From Ministeria vibrans ATCC 50519 (lineage: Eukaryota > Protista > Filasterea): a stretch of 32,806 nucleotides of DNA. Each line of letters opens with the position of its first letter. The first letter of the stretch is position 1. Location: assembly GCA_943704425.1 (NCBI GenBank), contig CALSCP010001130.1:1-32806 (forward strand), written 5' to 3'. The translations under genes were made by a program, and so were the position numbers. The notes under the pieces are model-generated. The model saw nothing but the letters and a program-made list of their open reading frames with translations. It ran no database searches and had not been told where the DNA came from. Shown piece after piece: positions 23,187 through 32,806 of this stretch.

Positions 23187-23322
23187 CTCAAAATAATAGA
23201 ACTTCGAAAAAATAATAGCTGAAGCCTGAAAGTCTGAAACTTGACTCTTGAAAGTTAAAACTTGAAAGCCACTTTTTGACTTTTGTTACTGCCAAGTGTC
23301 TGTCTTGATCTACTCGTACGGC

Positions 23323-24457
23323 ATGCATTGGGGAGCACTGATCGTCGCCTGCGGCCTTCTGGCGACCATGGTCACTGGCGAACCGGATCGCGCCAAATAC
23401 CAGATTCACATGGATCGGGCCAAGGCAGCCATGGCCACAGCCGACTACGGCATGGCACTGAGTGAATACACCCTTGCGGCAGGTATGAGGGGGCGCTGGT
23501 TGCGTCGCGGCGCCCGCTGTCGATGTGGACGCCATTCATTGGCCCGTCTCGCGTAGATGCCGACCCGACCAACTACATGGCGCTGTACATGCGCGCCATG
23601 GTCCAGCAGGCCACCGGTCGAACCAAGGCAACGCTCGTCGACCTGGCGCGCGTTCTCGAAATGCGTCCCGACTTTCATCAGGTTCGTCCGGTTTTCCCTC
23701 TACCTCTTCATTCGACTCTGGCCCTCGCCCCGCCCCTCCGCGTCATGCCGCTGCCTTCTTATCCGGCTGCTTGTTGACTATTCTCTCAAATCACACACTT
23801 GCATGCCTCTCAACTGCTCGGCGATGGGCGTTGGAACACACTCAATAATATAATAATTATTATTACGTCTTTGTTTTTGCGCAGGCTCGCGTTCAGCGCA
23901 TGGAGGTGCACATTAAGGCGTACAACCTGAAAGAGGCCCGTGTCGATCTCGCCGAGCTTCTTCGCACCTTTCCCACCAACGAGGAGTATCACGAAGCGGT
24001 ATGTAGTAGTACATCGGTGTTGGAACGGGAACTGACTGACGTGCGCGGGATAGGAACGCAAAATGATGAGTGCCGAGACCAACTTGAAAGCCGGAAAAGA
24101 TGCCGACGCCCGTGGAGATTATCACAATGCCGATCGCTTTTATTCGTTTGTCATCGACGTGGCCCCCAACTATGAAGAAGGTGCGTGAGCGTTTCAACTC
24201 ACTTGGTCTGCATGGCATGACTCTTTGCCCTTTGCCTGTCTCCTTTTAGTGCGCATGCTCCGCGGACGTGTGAAGTTGCACAAGGGTGAACCGGAGAGCG
24301 CGGTAGGAGATGTGGCACGTGCGGCTAAGCTGCGCAGTGACAACACACAAGCGTACTTGCTTCTCACTGACATTTACTACGATCTCGGCGAGCTCGACGA
24401 AGCACTCAAGTACAATTATTATTTTCTTTTCCCTATCCCCAGTTGACCCTTGTCTGA

Positions 24458-24555
<98 letters not shown>

Positions 24556-25140
24556 NNNNNNNNNNNNNNNNNNNNNNNNNNNNNNNNNNNNNNNNNNNNN
24601 NNNNNNNNNNNNNNNNNNNNNNNNNNNNNNNNNNNNNNNNNNNNNNNNNNNNNNNNNNNNNNNNNNNNNNNNNNNNNNNNNNNNNNNNNNNNNNNNNNNN
24701 NNNNNNNNNNNNNNNNNNNNNNNNNNNNNNNNNNNNNNNNNNNNNNNNNNNNNNNNNNNNNNNNNNNNNNNNNNNNNNNNNNNNNNNNNNNNNNNNNNNN
24801 NNNNNNNNNNNNNNNNNNNNNNNNNNNNNNNNNNNNNNNNNNNNNNNNNNNNNNNNNNNNNNNNNNNNNNNNNNNNNNNNNNNNNNNTTTTTTTTGCAGA
24901 CCTGCGTGCCATATTCGACAATGGAGAAGATCCGCTCGATGCGGAGGAAGTTCAAAAGGTACTTATCTCCTTCCTCTCATTCTAAGTAGACGATGTTGGT
25001 ACACATTTGCTAACAAACCCCCCTGTCGTTCTGTCGTTGTGCAGCGCCAGCAACAGCAGCAGCACCAGCACCACTTCAATCCCTTTGGCGGCGGTGGCGG
25101 TGGCGGTGGCCAGCGCTTCCACTTCAACTTTGGTGGTTAA
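23323..25140 (+). CDS. DNAJC3: ER TPR + J-domain co-chaperone P58IPK; middle exons lost in an assembly gap
   Basis: Exons 23323-23482, 23557-23681, 23885-23998, 24054-24180, 24250-24409, [gap], 24900-24958, 25045-25140. Signal peptide; TPRs DPTNYMALYMRA...DLARVLEMRPDFHQARVQR and AAKLRSDNTQA; C-terminal RAIFDNGEDPLDAE and a G/F-rich tail FHFNFGG typical of DNAJC3. Confidence 0.9.
24462..24554. repeat. (GT)n microsatellite abutting the assembly gap
   Basis: Directly visible. Confidence 0.95.
24556..24887. other. Assembly gap (332 N) inside DNAJC3
   Basis: Run of N. A second, 10-N gap lies at 16099-16108. Confidence 0.99.
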
Positions 25141-25280
25141 TTCAACCTCCTCCTCCTCCTCTTCTTCTTCCTTCTTTTTTTTCCGTCAATGTAGAATTCA
25201 CACACGTCCACTTCACCAACACCAAAAATAACAATAGTTATAATTGTATAGTAGTTAAGAAAGGGAGAAATGAAGGTGTT

Positions 25281-25678
25281 TTATCGTACATGCGCAACGG
25301 TGAGCTCCACCATGAAGATGTCGCGCCACACTTCACCGAGCACAAGCAAAAAGAGGATGCGCTCCTCCTCGCTGGCAAACTCCACCTGCAACGGCGAATG
25401 GCTCTCGGAGTCGTCCATGTCGTCCACCACGAGTGTCGCTGTGTTGCTCAGCTGCGAGTCGTCGCACACCACTCGCGTTATACTGTCGACTGCCACTTGC
25501 GCCAGTTGCACCAGTCCCGCGCCGCCCGTTCCCCCTCCACATACATGTACCAGCGTACTCGTCACCACAACCGTTACCGACGTGTACTCGCTCCCTACAA
25601 AATACAAAAGCAAACAAAAATAAAAAAAAACATAAAATAATAAGAATAATGATAATCATAATAAATAATAATAATATA

Positions 25679-25759
<81 letters not shown>

Positions 25760-26145
25760 GCAATAATTTAAGAAAGCAAGAGCCTTGGTGCGAGTGACTC
25801 ACCCAGTTTGGTCGGCAGAGGCTCATAGGCTCCCATCCAGGAACGTAGGGACAGTCCGCCCAGAGCAAATGTATTAGCTGCTGCCGCACGACTAACATGT
25901 GCTGCGTGTGCCCGCGAACGTCGCTCACAGTACTCGCTTAGGTCCTTGGCCCAGTCGGCAGGAATGTCTCCTGCAGAATAATGATGCAATGATATTATGA
26001 ATAGAAACTTAATATAATTTGTTTAAACCTTTTATCATAACTAATAGAAACGTCATAATAATAATAAAAATAATAAACAAAATGAAAAGCAGAATAAAAA
26101 ATAATATTAAAATTTATTATTATTATAATTATTATTATTATTATA

Positions 26146-26183
<38 letters not shown>

Positions 26184-29100
26184 AACTTAGAGTACCTGAA
26201 CAAACAAAGGACTCATGGGGCGCAACCAAGCGGACGCTCTTAGCATCGTCCACAATGACCTACGCAAACATTTACAAAATTCAAAAACGACTAACAGCTT
26301 GAGCTTGGTACCTCTAAGGAGACAAGAGGCAGTACATGGGCGATTTCAAGCTGTTCGCCTTCGCGACAGACAACCAAAATGTCGCTGAACATGACAACCC
26401 GAGCGGGTGAGACAGAACCCACAGCGGAAATAAGGTCTTCGCGGAAGAAGCGGCGACCGGGACGCAAGAGAGGCTCGCAGTGCGATCCCATGAGTGCACG
26501 ACACCACTCGCGCGCCTCTCCTTCCGTCTCCGCCGCCAACACCATTGTCTTGCCGCCACAAGACACTTCAAAGGCATTGGGCTGCTGCGCAATTGTTTCC
26601 TCAAGTCGTGTCAGACGAAAATCGCCACTGCGCAGTGTCAGCAGATCGACCGGCACCGCATCGCCACCCGCCTTGTAGTGGTGCAGCTCGCCTCCCTGAA
26701 TTGAAAAAGGGCCCAGCGCTTGCCACCGTTCACGACCCCACGACGTTGCCTTGTAGCGCAACTGACCCGATCGCAGAAGTCGTCGTGATGAATACCACGA
26801 CAGGTACGGCTCGCCGTTTAGCGTCAATCGTTTCACAATACGCTGCAGGTTCTCATCCACCGTACTCCAGAGTTGCTCTCCGTCAGAGTCGTCGCCATCA
26901 CCACCATCATTGGCGCCCGCGCTTGCCCCCTCTCCATCGCCACACAGCTCGCACGCACGCTGGAGCTGCGAATAAGCATCGCCAAGTACACGACGTGCAC
27001 GCCCCAGCACGTAGTGGCGCATCTTGGCACCGTCCGGTGGCTCAGTGTGACACAACATGGCATCGACTGCGGCCTTGCCGGCAACATCGTCCCGACGCAA
27101 CGGCACGACAACCATGCCCACCCGCTGACACGCTTGCAACATCAGCTGTAGTATGCTCTCGGTGAGTTGTTCCTCGCGAGTCACAAAGACAAGCTCGACA
27201 CGCGGAAAGCGCAACGTGAATCCCTGCGAGCGTAGTCGCACTTGGATGTCCTTGAGCGAACGCAGATCATCGGATGCGTCCGCGTGGCACTTCTCCTCTG
27301 TGTCGACCGGCATTTGCGACATGACGTAGACAGCAAAGTTGGTTAGCAGTAGAAAAACCATGCGTTCAGTTGCGGGCATCGCCGGTCCGCCTCCGCCACG
27401 CCCAAGTTGCAACAAAGACGACGGACCCGACTGGGGCGCCGGTGGTTGTTCCAAAAGACGTACGCGTTCCACCATCAGAAGCTTCTCGTTGTCGTGGCGA
27501 AATACCTCCAGAAGTAACTTGAGCTGCGTCTGGTTGTCAAGCACCACTGACGAGCCGAGAGATCGACTCGACGATTTCATCAGAGCCCGTTGCATTCGCC
27601 CCAGTTCGCCGCCCTCACGTTCGTCAGCCTCGCGCGCAACTCTCGCTTCCTCTTCGGCAGCAGCAGCGGCAGAAGCAGCAGCAGCAGCAGCAGCTACGGC
27701 CGTTGCTGCTTTCGCTTCCTCTTCGGCAACACGACGCTGCTTCTCTTCCTCTTTGCGTCGCGCAGCCGCCAACTTTTCCTCTTCGGCACCACGCCTTCGC
27801 CGTGCCTGTTCCTCCTCCTCCTCCTTTTTCGCAATTTTTTGGCGCTCTCGTTCCGCCTCCGCTTCGGCCGCTTCCTTCCTTGCAAGTGCTTCTTGTGCGC
27901 GCTTCTCGCGCTCCAACTGTGCTTTCACGCGGTGCTTCTCTTCTGCTTCTAAGCGGTCCATCTCTGCCTGTTGTGATTCGGACCGTGTCGACGTGCCTTT
28001 GGCCTTTGCCTCCGACTTCTCCTTGGGCGAGCCCCAGTACACGCCCGACTCAAACTGCTTCCCTTCAGGTTGGATCTGAATATAGTCGAGGTCTGGGTTC
28101 CAGTCGGGCCCGAGCGGCACCGAGCCCACCGCCTGCTTCTTGCTGCCACTCTTCTTCTTCTTCGTTGCCTCCACCAACGTCGCTGCAGTGACGGTCGGAG
28201 GCCCATCGTCGAGCACCTCGTCGCCATACACATTACCATAACGGCCCACCGAGGTTGAAAGAGACGCACTGCCGAAGGAGTTGGACGTGCTTGTCATGCT
28301 CAGGTTGCGCGACGAATCGCCACTGGCCATCGTGTCGCGTTCGTCGTCGTCGTGAACGGGACGAGCAGCGCGGCCCGCGGCAATGCTCATGGGTTTGGAT
28401 GCCGGTAATGACATGGTCGCCGCTGTGACAGAAGGGCTGGTGGTGGTGGTCGTCGTCGTTGTCGTGGAGGAGGGGCGCGTCGTGGAAGGAGTAGTGGGTG
28501 CTGAGACGTCGGCGACGGACGCATCGTCATCAATGGTGTTGATGACCGACGCTGGCAAAGCGGGAAATGAGTCAAGAGCAGCGACACTCTGAGAGCGACT
28601 CGACATGGCCGAGGACGACGACTCTCCGTCCAGACTCACAATCTTGGGCACCTTCTTCTTCTTCTTCTTCTTGGTAGTACCGTCGGCAGCGCGTACCTTC
28701 TTCACGCGAGCCTGGTGCTCGAACACGAGCGGAGCTGCAGCATTGATGGAGCCATCCTCGGCGGGCTCTTCGAGATCGGCGGTTCGTACTTGTGAGTGCG
28801 CCAGACTGCTGCTGGTTGAGTGCTCGCCAGGAAGAGTGAGCGAGCTGGGCTGCGAAGCGGAGGCAAACACCGACGGTAGGACAACTGCAGCTAATTCGGG
28901 CTCCTTGCCACGGGTCTGCTTCTTGAGAGATGCTGCTGCTACTGACGATGACGCAGATGATGAGGTGATGGGAGCAGGCACGACGATGGTGGGACCATCT
29001 GCTGCTGGCGACATTGACGTGTGTATTGTCGGCCTTGGTCCAGCTTGAACCACGAGCTTGTCAGCGCCATAGTCGAGCTCGTCCAGAGCACTGCTACTTG

Positions 29101-29884
29101 GGGGCAATTTGAGTCCGAGTGACTCGACGGCGGCGACATGCACGCTGAGAGTGTTCAAGCGATCCGAGTCGAACGCCAGCGAGTGCGTGCGGTACGTCTC
29201 CATCTTGATCTTGGATGCGTCCGCCGAGATGATGTTGAAGTAGCTCTCAAGAGCACCTTCGTTGACGGCAATGCGCACCCACGACCGTGCGCGACCACTC
29301 CCGGTTTTCAATTCGACCTGGAGCGAAAAAAGCGAAAGGACAAAAACAAAGAGAGCGTCAGCCGGAGAGAAACCGACGGATCGCAGTACCTTGCGCTTGA
29401 TTCGGTCGACTGTATCTCCGTGCGTGATCGTGATGAGATAATTCCAGCAGGAAGCAGACGATGAGGTGTCGCGCAGTGCGTACGAGAGAACTGCAGATGC
29501 AAAACAAAAGAAAAAAGGTGGTGGGAAGAGTGTTTTGAGTGGATGTGACGGGGTACAGCGAGCGCTCCATGATCGACAAGGAATGCAACCACAGCCAAGC
29601 CCAGGCATGTGCTGTGCGCGTCTCACCTCGGTCGATGCTTCGACAAAAGCGCTCAAGAGACCAGTCGATTTTGCCCGCCGAAGTGGGCCCTTCTTCGTCG
29701 CGCTGGACAAAGGCGCTTTGGACCTGGGGCAGAGGGGGGTGGGGGTAGAGGGATGAGGGGCAGTGCGGGCGAGAGGGAGCGGCAGCCGAACCTGCTTGAC
29801 GGCTGAGGCAACGTCACACACGATTTTGTCCTTGGCCGGCGCTGCCTCTCGAAAGCGCTTCTCCTTGTCATCAAAGAGGCCCAT
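25281..29884 (-). CDS. RUN + PH domain protein, PLEKHM2/SKIP-like (putative Arl8 effector), about 1280 aa
   Basis: Exons 29884-29792, 29723-29627, 29490-29390, 29317-26312, 26259-26196, 25970-25803, 25594-25281, all phases consistent. RUN: KDKIVCDVASAVKQ, LERFCRSIDRVLSYAL, GRARSWVRIAVNEGALESY. Also DNQTQLKLLLEVF, LLLTNFAVYV, a PH end (LAAETEGEAREWCRAL) and a C-terminal FLLVLGEVWRDIFMVEL, all resembling PLEKHM2. Confidence 0.82.
25682..25759. repeat. (TTA)n microsatellite in the last RUN-PH intron; a similar tract lies at about 26050-26181
   Basis: Directly visible. Confidence 0.95.
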
Positions 29885-30118
29885 TTCGAGAAGACGAAAA
29901 AGAAAGAAAGTGTGAAGATAAATTAGATTAAGTGATTAACGTGATTCAAGTTTCAAGACGGAAGACGCAAGTAAGAAGAAAAAGTCGAGGATTCGAATGA
30001 ACCATACGATAAAAATACGGATCAAGAAAGGACTCAAAAGAATCAAGTGCTGACTACTTAGTACTTTCTTTCAGTGAACTTGGTAGCGGTGGTCGTGCAG
30101 AGTAAATATTGATCAATT

Positions 30119-31080
30119 ATGCTGTCGCGGACTCTGTTGCGAAGGCTCCCCGTCCAGGCGACTGCGTCTGTTGCAACTCGATTCGCCGCACTTTCGGCGA
30201 CTCGCTCTGCTCCTTTGGCCGAGTCGGACACGAGAACGACGCAGCGCTCACTGTTTAGAAGAATGCTTCAGGCCGTAGGCGTCGCTGCCGTCCCGGCAAC
30301 CACAGCTTTGGTACGGACACGATTCCTATTCTTTGTGAACTCATCGACGATCACCCACAGGCAGAGACAAGCGGTGCGGGCGCCGCGTCGTCGGTTGCAG
30401 TGTCCCCTTTTCTTGCGAAGTTCCTTGCCGTTTCTCCTCCAGCCTGCTTTATATTTCTGCAGGCTTCCGGGTAAGACGGTGTTTTGCCCGTTTGGTTGCG
30501 TTTTCCTCAACGATCTCTGGCGCCTCATAGGATGAAGACTGTGCGCGAAATTCAGCAGGAGAAGAGCGTTGGCGATCGCTCGGTACTTCCCTTTCTTTCG
30601 CTCATGGTCAACTGCATGACGTGGTCGGTGTACGGTGCAATGGTACAGGACATGACCGTCCTCTTGCCCAACCTGTCAGGAGTCTGCTTTGGTGCCTACC
30701 AGACATACGTGTATGCGCAGCACAACAAAGCCTCCTTGGCGACGTATTATGCTACGGCTGGAGCCATTCTGGCGTCGGTGGGTGTCATGGCGACCACATT
30801 GCCACTTGAGGTCGCGTCACACAGCATTGGACTGACCGGGTGTGCGCTTGCCGTCTTCATGATGTCAAGTCCACTAGCTGTCATCCGCACAGTCATCAAA
30901 GACAAATCTACGGCGGCCCTGCCATTCATCACGAGCGCCGCAGTGTTTTTTAACTCGTCCACTTGGTTTGGCTACGGCTACCTCGTCGCCGACAACCCTC
31001 TCATCTACGTGCCCAACGGCCTAGGCTGGATTTCCGCTGTGGTTCAGCTCTCTCTCTTTGCCGTTTATCCCCGGAAATAA
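30119..31080 (+). CDS. SWEET (MtN3/saliva) sugar transporter with a long N-terminal extension, about 283 aa
   Basis: Exons 30119-30310, 30361-30470, 30531-31080. Two MtN3 repeats: KTVREIQQEKSVG..LPF..NCMTWSVYG..LLPN and SPLAVIRTVIKDKSTAALPF..NSSTWFGYG..IYVPNGLG..QLSLF. Confidence 0.93.
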
Positions 31081-31185
31081 ACACAATGAATTGGTTGGTA
31101 TGGTGCGGAGTGGAGACGTACTATAAAGGTTGATTCTTTTATACACACTTTTATAACTACAAGAAAACATAAAGATGCACATTCG

Positions 31186-31465
31186 CACATCAATAGTAGC
31201 ACTGCTGACTGAGAAGACTCAGAAGATCCAATAAACCCACGTCGGATCGATTGATAATACAGTGTGTTTGTTTACAGCAAAAATAATTATTATAGCTTGA
31301 GATTGATAAACTTGGAATGTTCTTCAGATTGATGTTCTACTAGGCAACATTTAAGACGCACAGTCTTAATTACAGCACTACATTACACACATCAATAGCA
31401 GCACTGCTGACTGAGAAGACCCAATGCACCCACGTCGGATTGGTTGATAATACAATGTGTTTGTT
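31186..31465. repeat. Diverged direct repeat of about 80 bp (31186-31272 and 31388-31465)
   Basis: CACATCAATAG[T/C]AGCACTGCTGACTGAGAAGAC...ACCCACGTCGGAT...TTGATAATACA[G/A]TGTGTTTGTT is present twice. Confidence 0.92.
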
Positions 31466-31471
31466 AAATAC

Positions 31472-32036
31472 TCAGGTTTGGAAGTCGCTTGCAGGTAGCG
31501 TAAAGTACACATGGGACGTCGAACGCTCGGCATCGTCTACAAAGCAGGAAAGAGACGGGGGAGGGGCGTGAGGAGAGAAGGAGAAATGAAAATGAAACGG
31601 AGAGGTTGGTTACCAGTCGTCTCGTCGGCGTGGCCGGGACAGATGTCGCTGTCGTCGCTGGGCGCCTCGTTCTACGGGGAGAGGTTCAGTGGCGCTGGGA
31701 GGGGGCGCGACGGGGGATGCACTACGTACCAGGGCATCCATGTTGTACATGGTTGCAAGCTTAGCCCACACCTGCAAAGCGACACGATGATGAAGATGGT
31801 TCTTTGACCTTCGTTGCGGCTCGTCCGACCGCCTTACCTCAGCCACCGCAGGACATCGGTCTCCAAGGCGCTCGTGGAGATATGCCATAACATGGGCCAT
31901 GTGTGCGTGTCGGTGGACGCCTGGCAGACAAGAGGTGAAGGGGCAGCGGACGAAAATGCATTGCGTTACCTATCGGTCTATGCTCAACCATTACCTCGAA
32001 CAAGGCAATTTCGAGCAGAGTATCGTCGCCAGACAT
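31472..32036 (-). CDS. MRGBP: Chromatin modification-related protein EAF7/MRGBP (CT20 family), about 104 aa
   Basis: Exons 32036-31970, 31920-31838, 31771-31730, 31671-31614, 31536-31472 give EIALFEVMVEHRPIGVHRHAHM, VWAKLATMYNMDAL and FTLP, matching the CT20 pattern. Confidence 0.85.
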
Positions 32037-32164
32037 ACTGAGGGGAGGGGGCGAGCCTTTGTAAAGAGTGATAAAAAGGAATTAATCAGATTAATCAGAT
32101 TATCTCAGAACATTGAGACTTAAGAGAAGAATTAGAATTAAAATTTATAATAATATATTGGGAA

Positions 32165-32262
32165 AAATGCAAAGTGCACACCTTTTGAAGTACAAAATGC
32201 AGTAGTGCACACCCAAAATGCAAAATGCACACCTTTTCAAGAAATAAATGCAAAATGCACAC
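32165..32262 (+). repeat. Four AAATGC..TGCACAC units in a 51-bp higher-order repeat
   Basis: Units start at 32165, 32195, 32216 and 32246. Confidence 0.9.
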
Positions 32263-32806
32263 GGAAGCGGCCGATGTACTCTCGCGTTCCCTCGATGGCC
32301 AGAAAACACGCCTCTTCTGTCTCACCTGGTGTAGGACTGTAGGGCTGCTTGGGAAATTGGGTGTCATGAAGGCTGGCGCTCTCGTTGCACACGAATTCGC
32401 TGTGCCCGTGGGGAATTTGCGCGCGCAAGCAAAATACGCGCGAAAAGGTACTCTCACAACGTCGAAATATCTCAGTTAAGTCAGTTTTTTCACTTTTCCT
32501 AGCAAATCGAACTCTTTAGCCTTCAGTGGTCTCAAGCTGCTCGTGGCGATATGCAGGTTAGGGTTTCAGTACAGCTTTAATTTGCGTTTTCGGGTACTTC
32601 GCTGTTTTGCACGCTCGCTGCTCGATGTTCTACATATGCGGGTTCTGGTTGGCCCACAGTGGGCTGTATCTGGGCCCTGATTGGGTGATCATGATGAGTT
32701 GCTGTAATACTGTTTGCCTGCTTGCTGCTTGCTGTTTGCCATCGAAGCGAGGTTGCAGCCGAAGGAAAGTAGCTGAAGAGCATCACCACAGCACCCCCGC
32801 TCGCCA

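Noticed and set aside
24310-24989. VCVC/HTHT/poly-X ORFs (also poly-L/poly-I ORFs at 25433-25928 and 1647-1913)
   Set aside because: Translations of microsatellites and N gaps.
25281-25989. ORFs 25281-25613 and 25768-25989 as separate small genes
   Set aside because: They splice in phase as the last exons of the RUN-PH gene.
32165-32262. CRISPR-like repeat-spacer array
   Set aside because: Eukaryotic context, degenerate repeats, short non-unique spacers and no cas genes.
1-32806. Functional gene cluster (lysosomal: BEACH, SKIP, peptidase; mitochondrial: MsrA, SLC25, SWEET)
   Set aside because: Mixed orientations and unrelated interspersed genes; ordinary adjacency in a compact genome is sufficient.
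1-32806. Non-canonical (GC-AG, AT-AC/U12) introns, or transposase/reverse-transcriptase genes
   Set aside because: All introns I modelled are GT-AG without the U12 donor consensus, and no mobile-element protein motif was recognised.

Overview
Gene-dense, intron-containing eukaryotic nuclear DNA. Exons are GC-rich, intergenic spacers are short and AT-rich (about 135-480 bp), and GT-AG introns are mostly 49-140 nt; most of the longer ones are filled with microsatellites. All three stop codons end genes, consistent with the standard code. Manual splicing gives 11 protein-coding genes: a POMGnT1-like GT13 glycosyltransferase (3' part only), a ~3.9 kaa NBEAL1/2-like BEACH protein with an 11.1-kb exon, MsrA, a PAQR, a membrane-anchored PA-domain M28 aminopeptidase, an SLC25 carrier with a 9-nt microexon, an acidic orphan protein, DNAJC3/P58IPK (across a gap), a PLEKHM2/SKIP-like RUN-PH protein, a SWEET transporter and an EAF7/MRGBP-like protein. 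An animal-like gene set in a compact protist-type genome suggests a unicellular relative of animals (inference only). The best leads are the SWEET with an apparent bipartite mitochondrial presequence, a sense-strand 11-mer (CTATCACTTTG) shared by introns of three genes, an array of metal-response-element cores (TGCRCNC), intronic TTAGGG repeats with G4 potential, the microexon, and an orphan Pol III A/B-box element. All family calls come from motif recognition; no database search was run.
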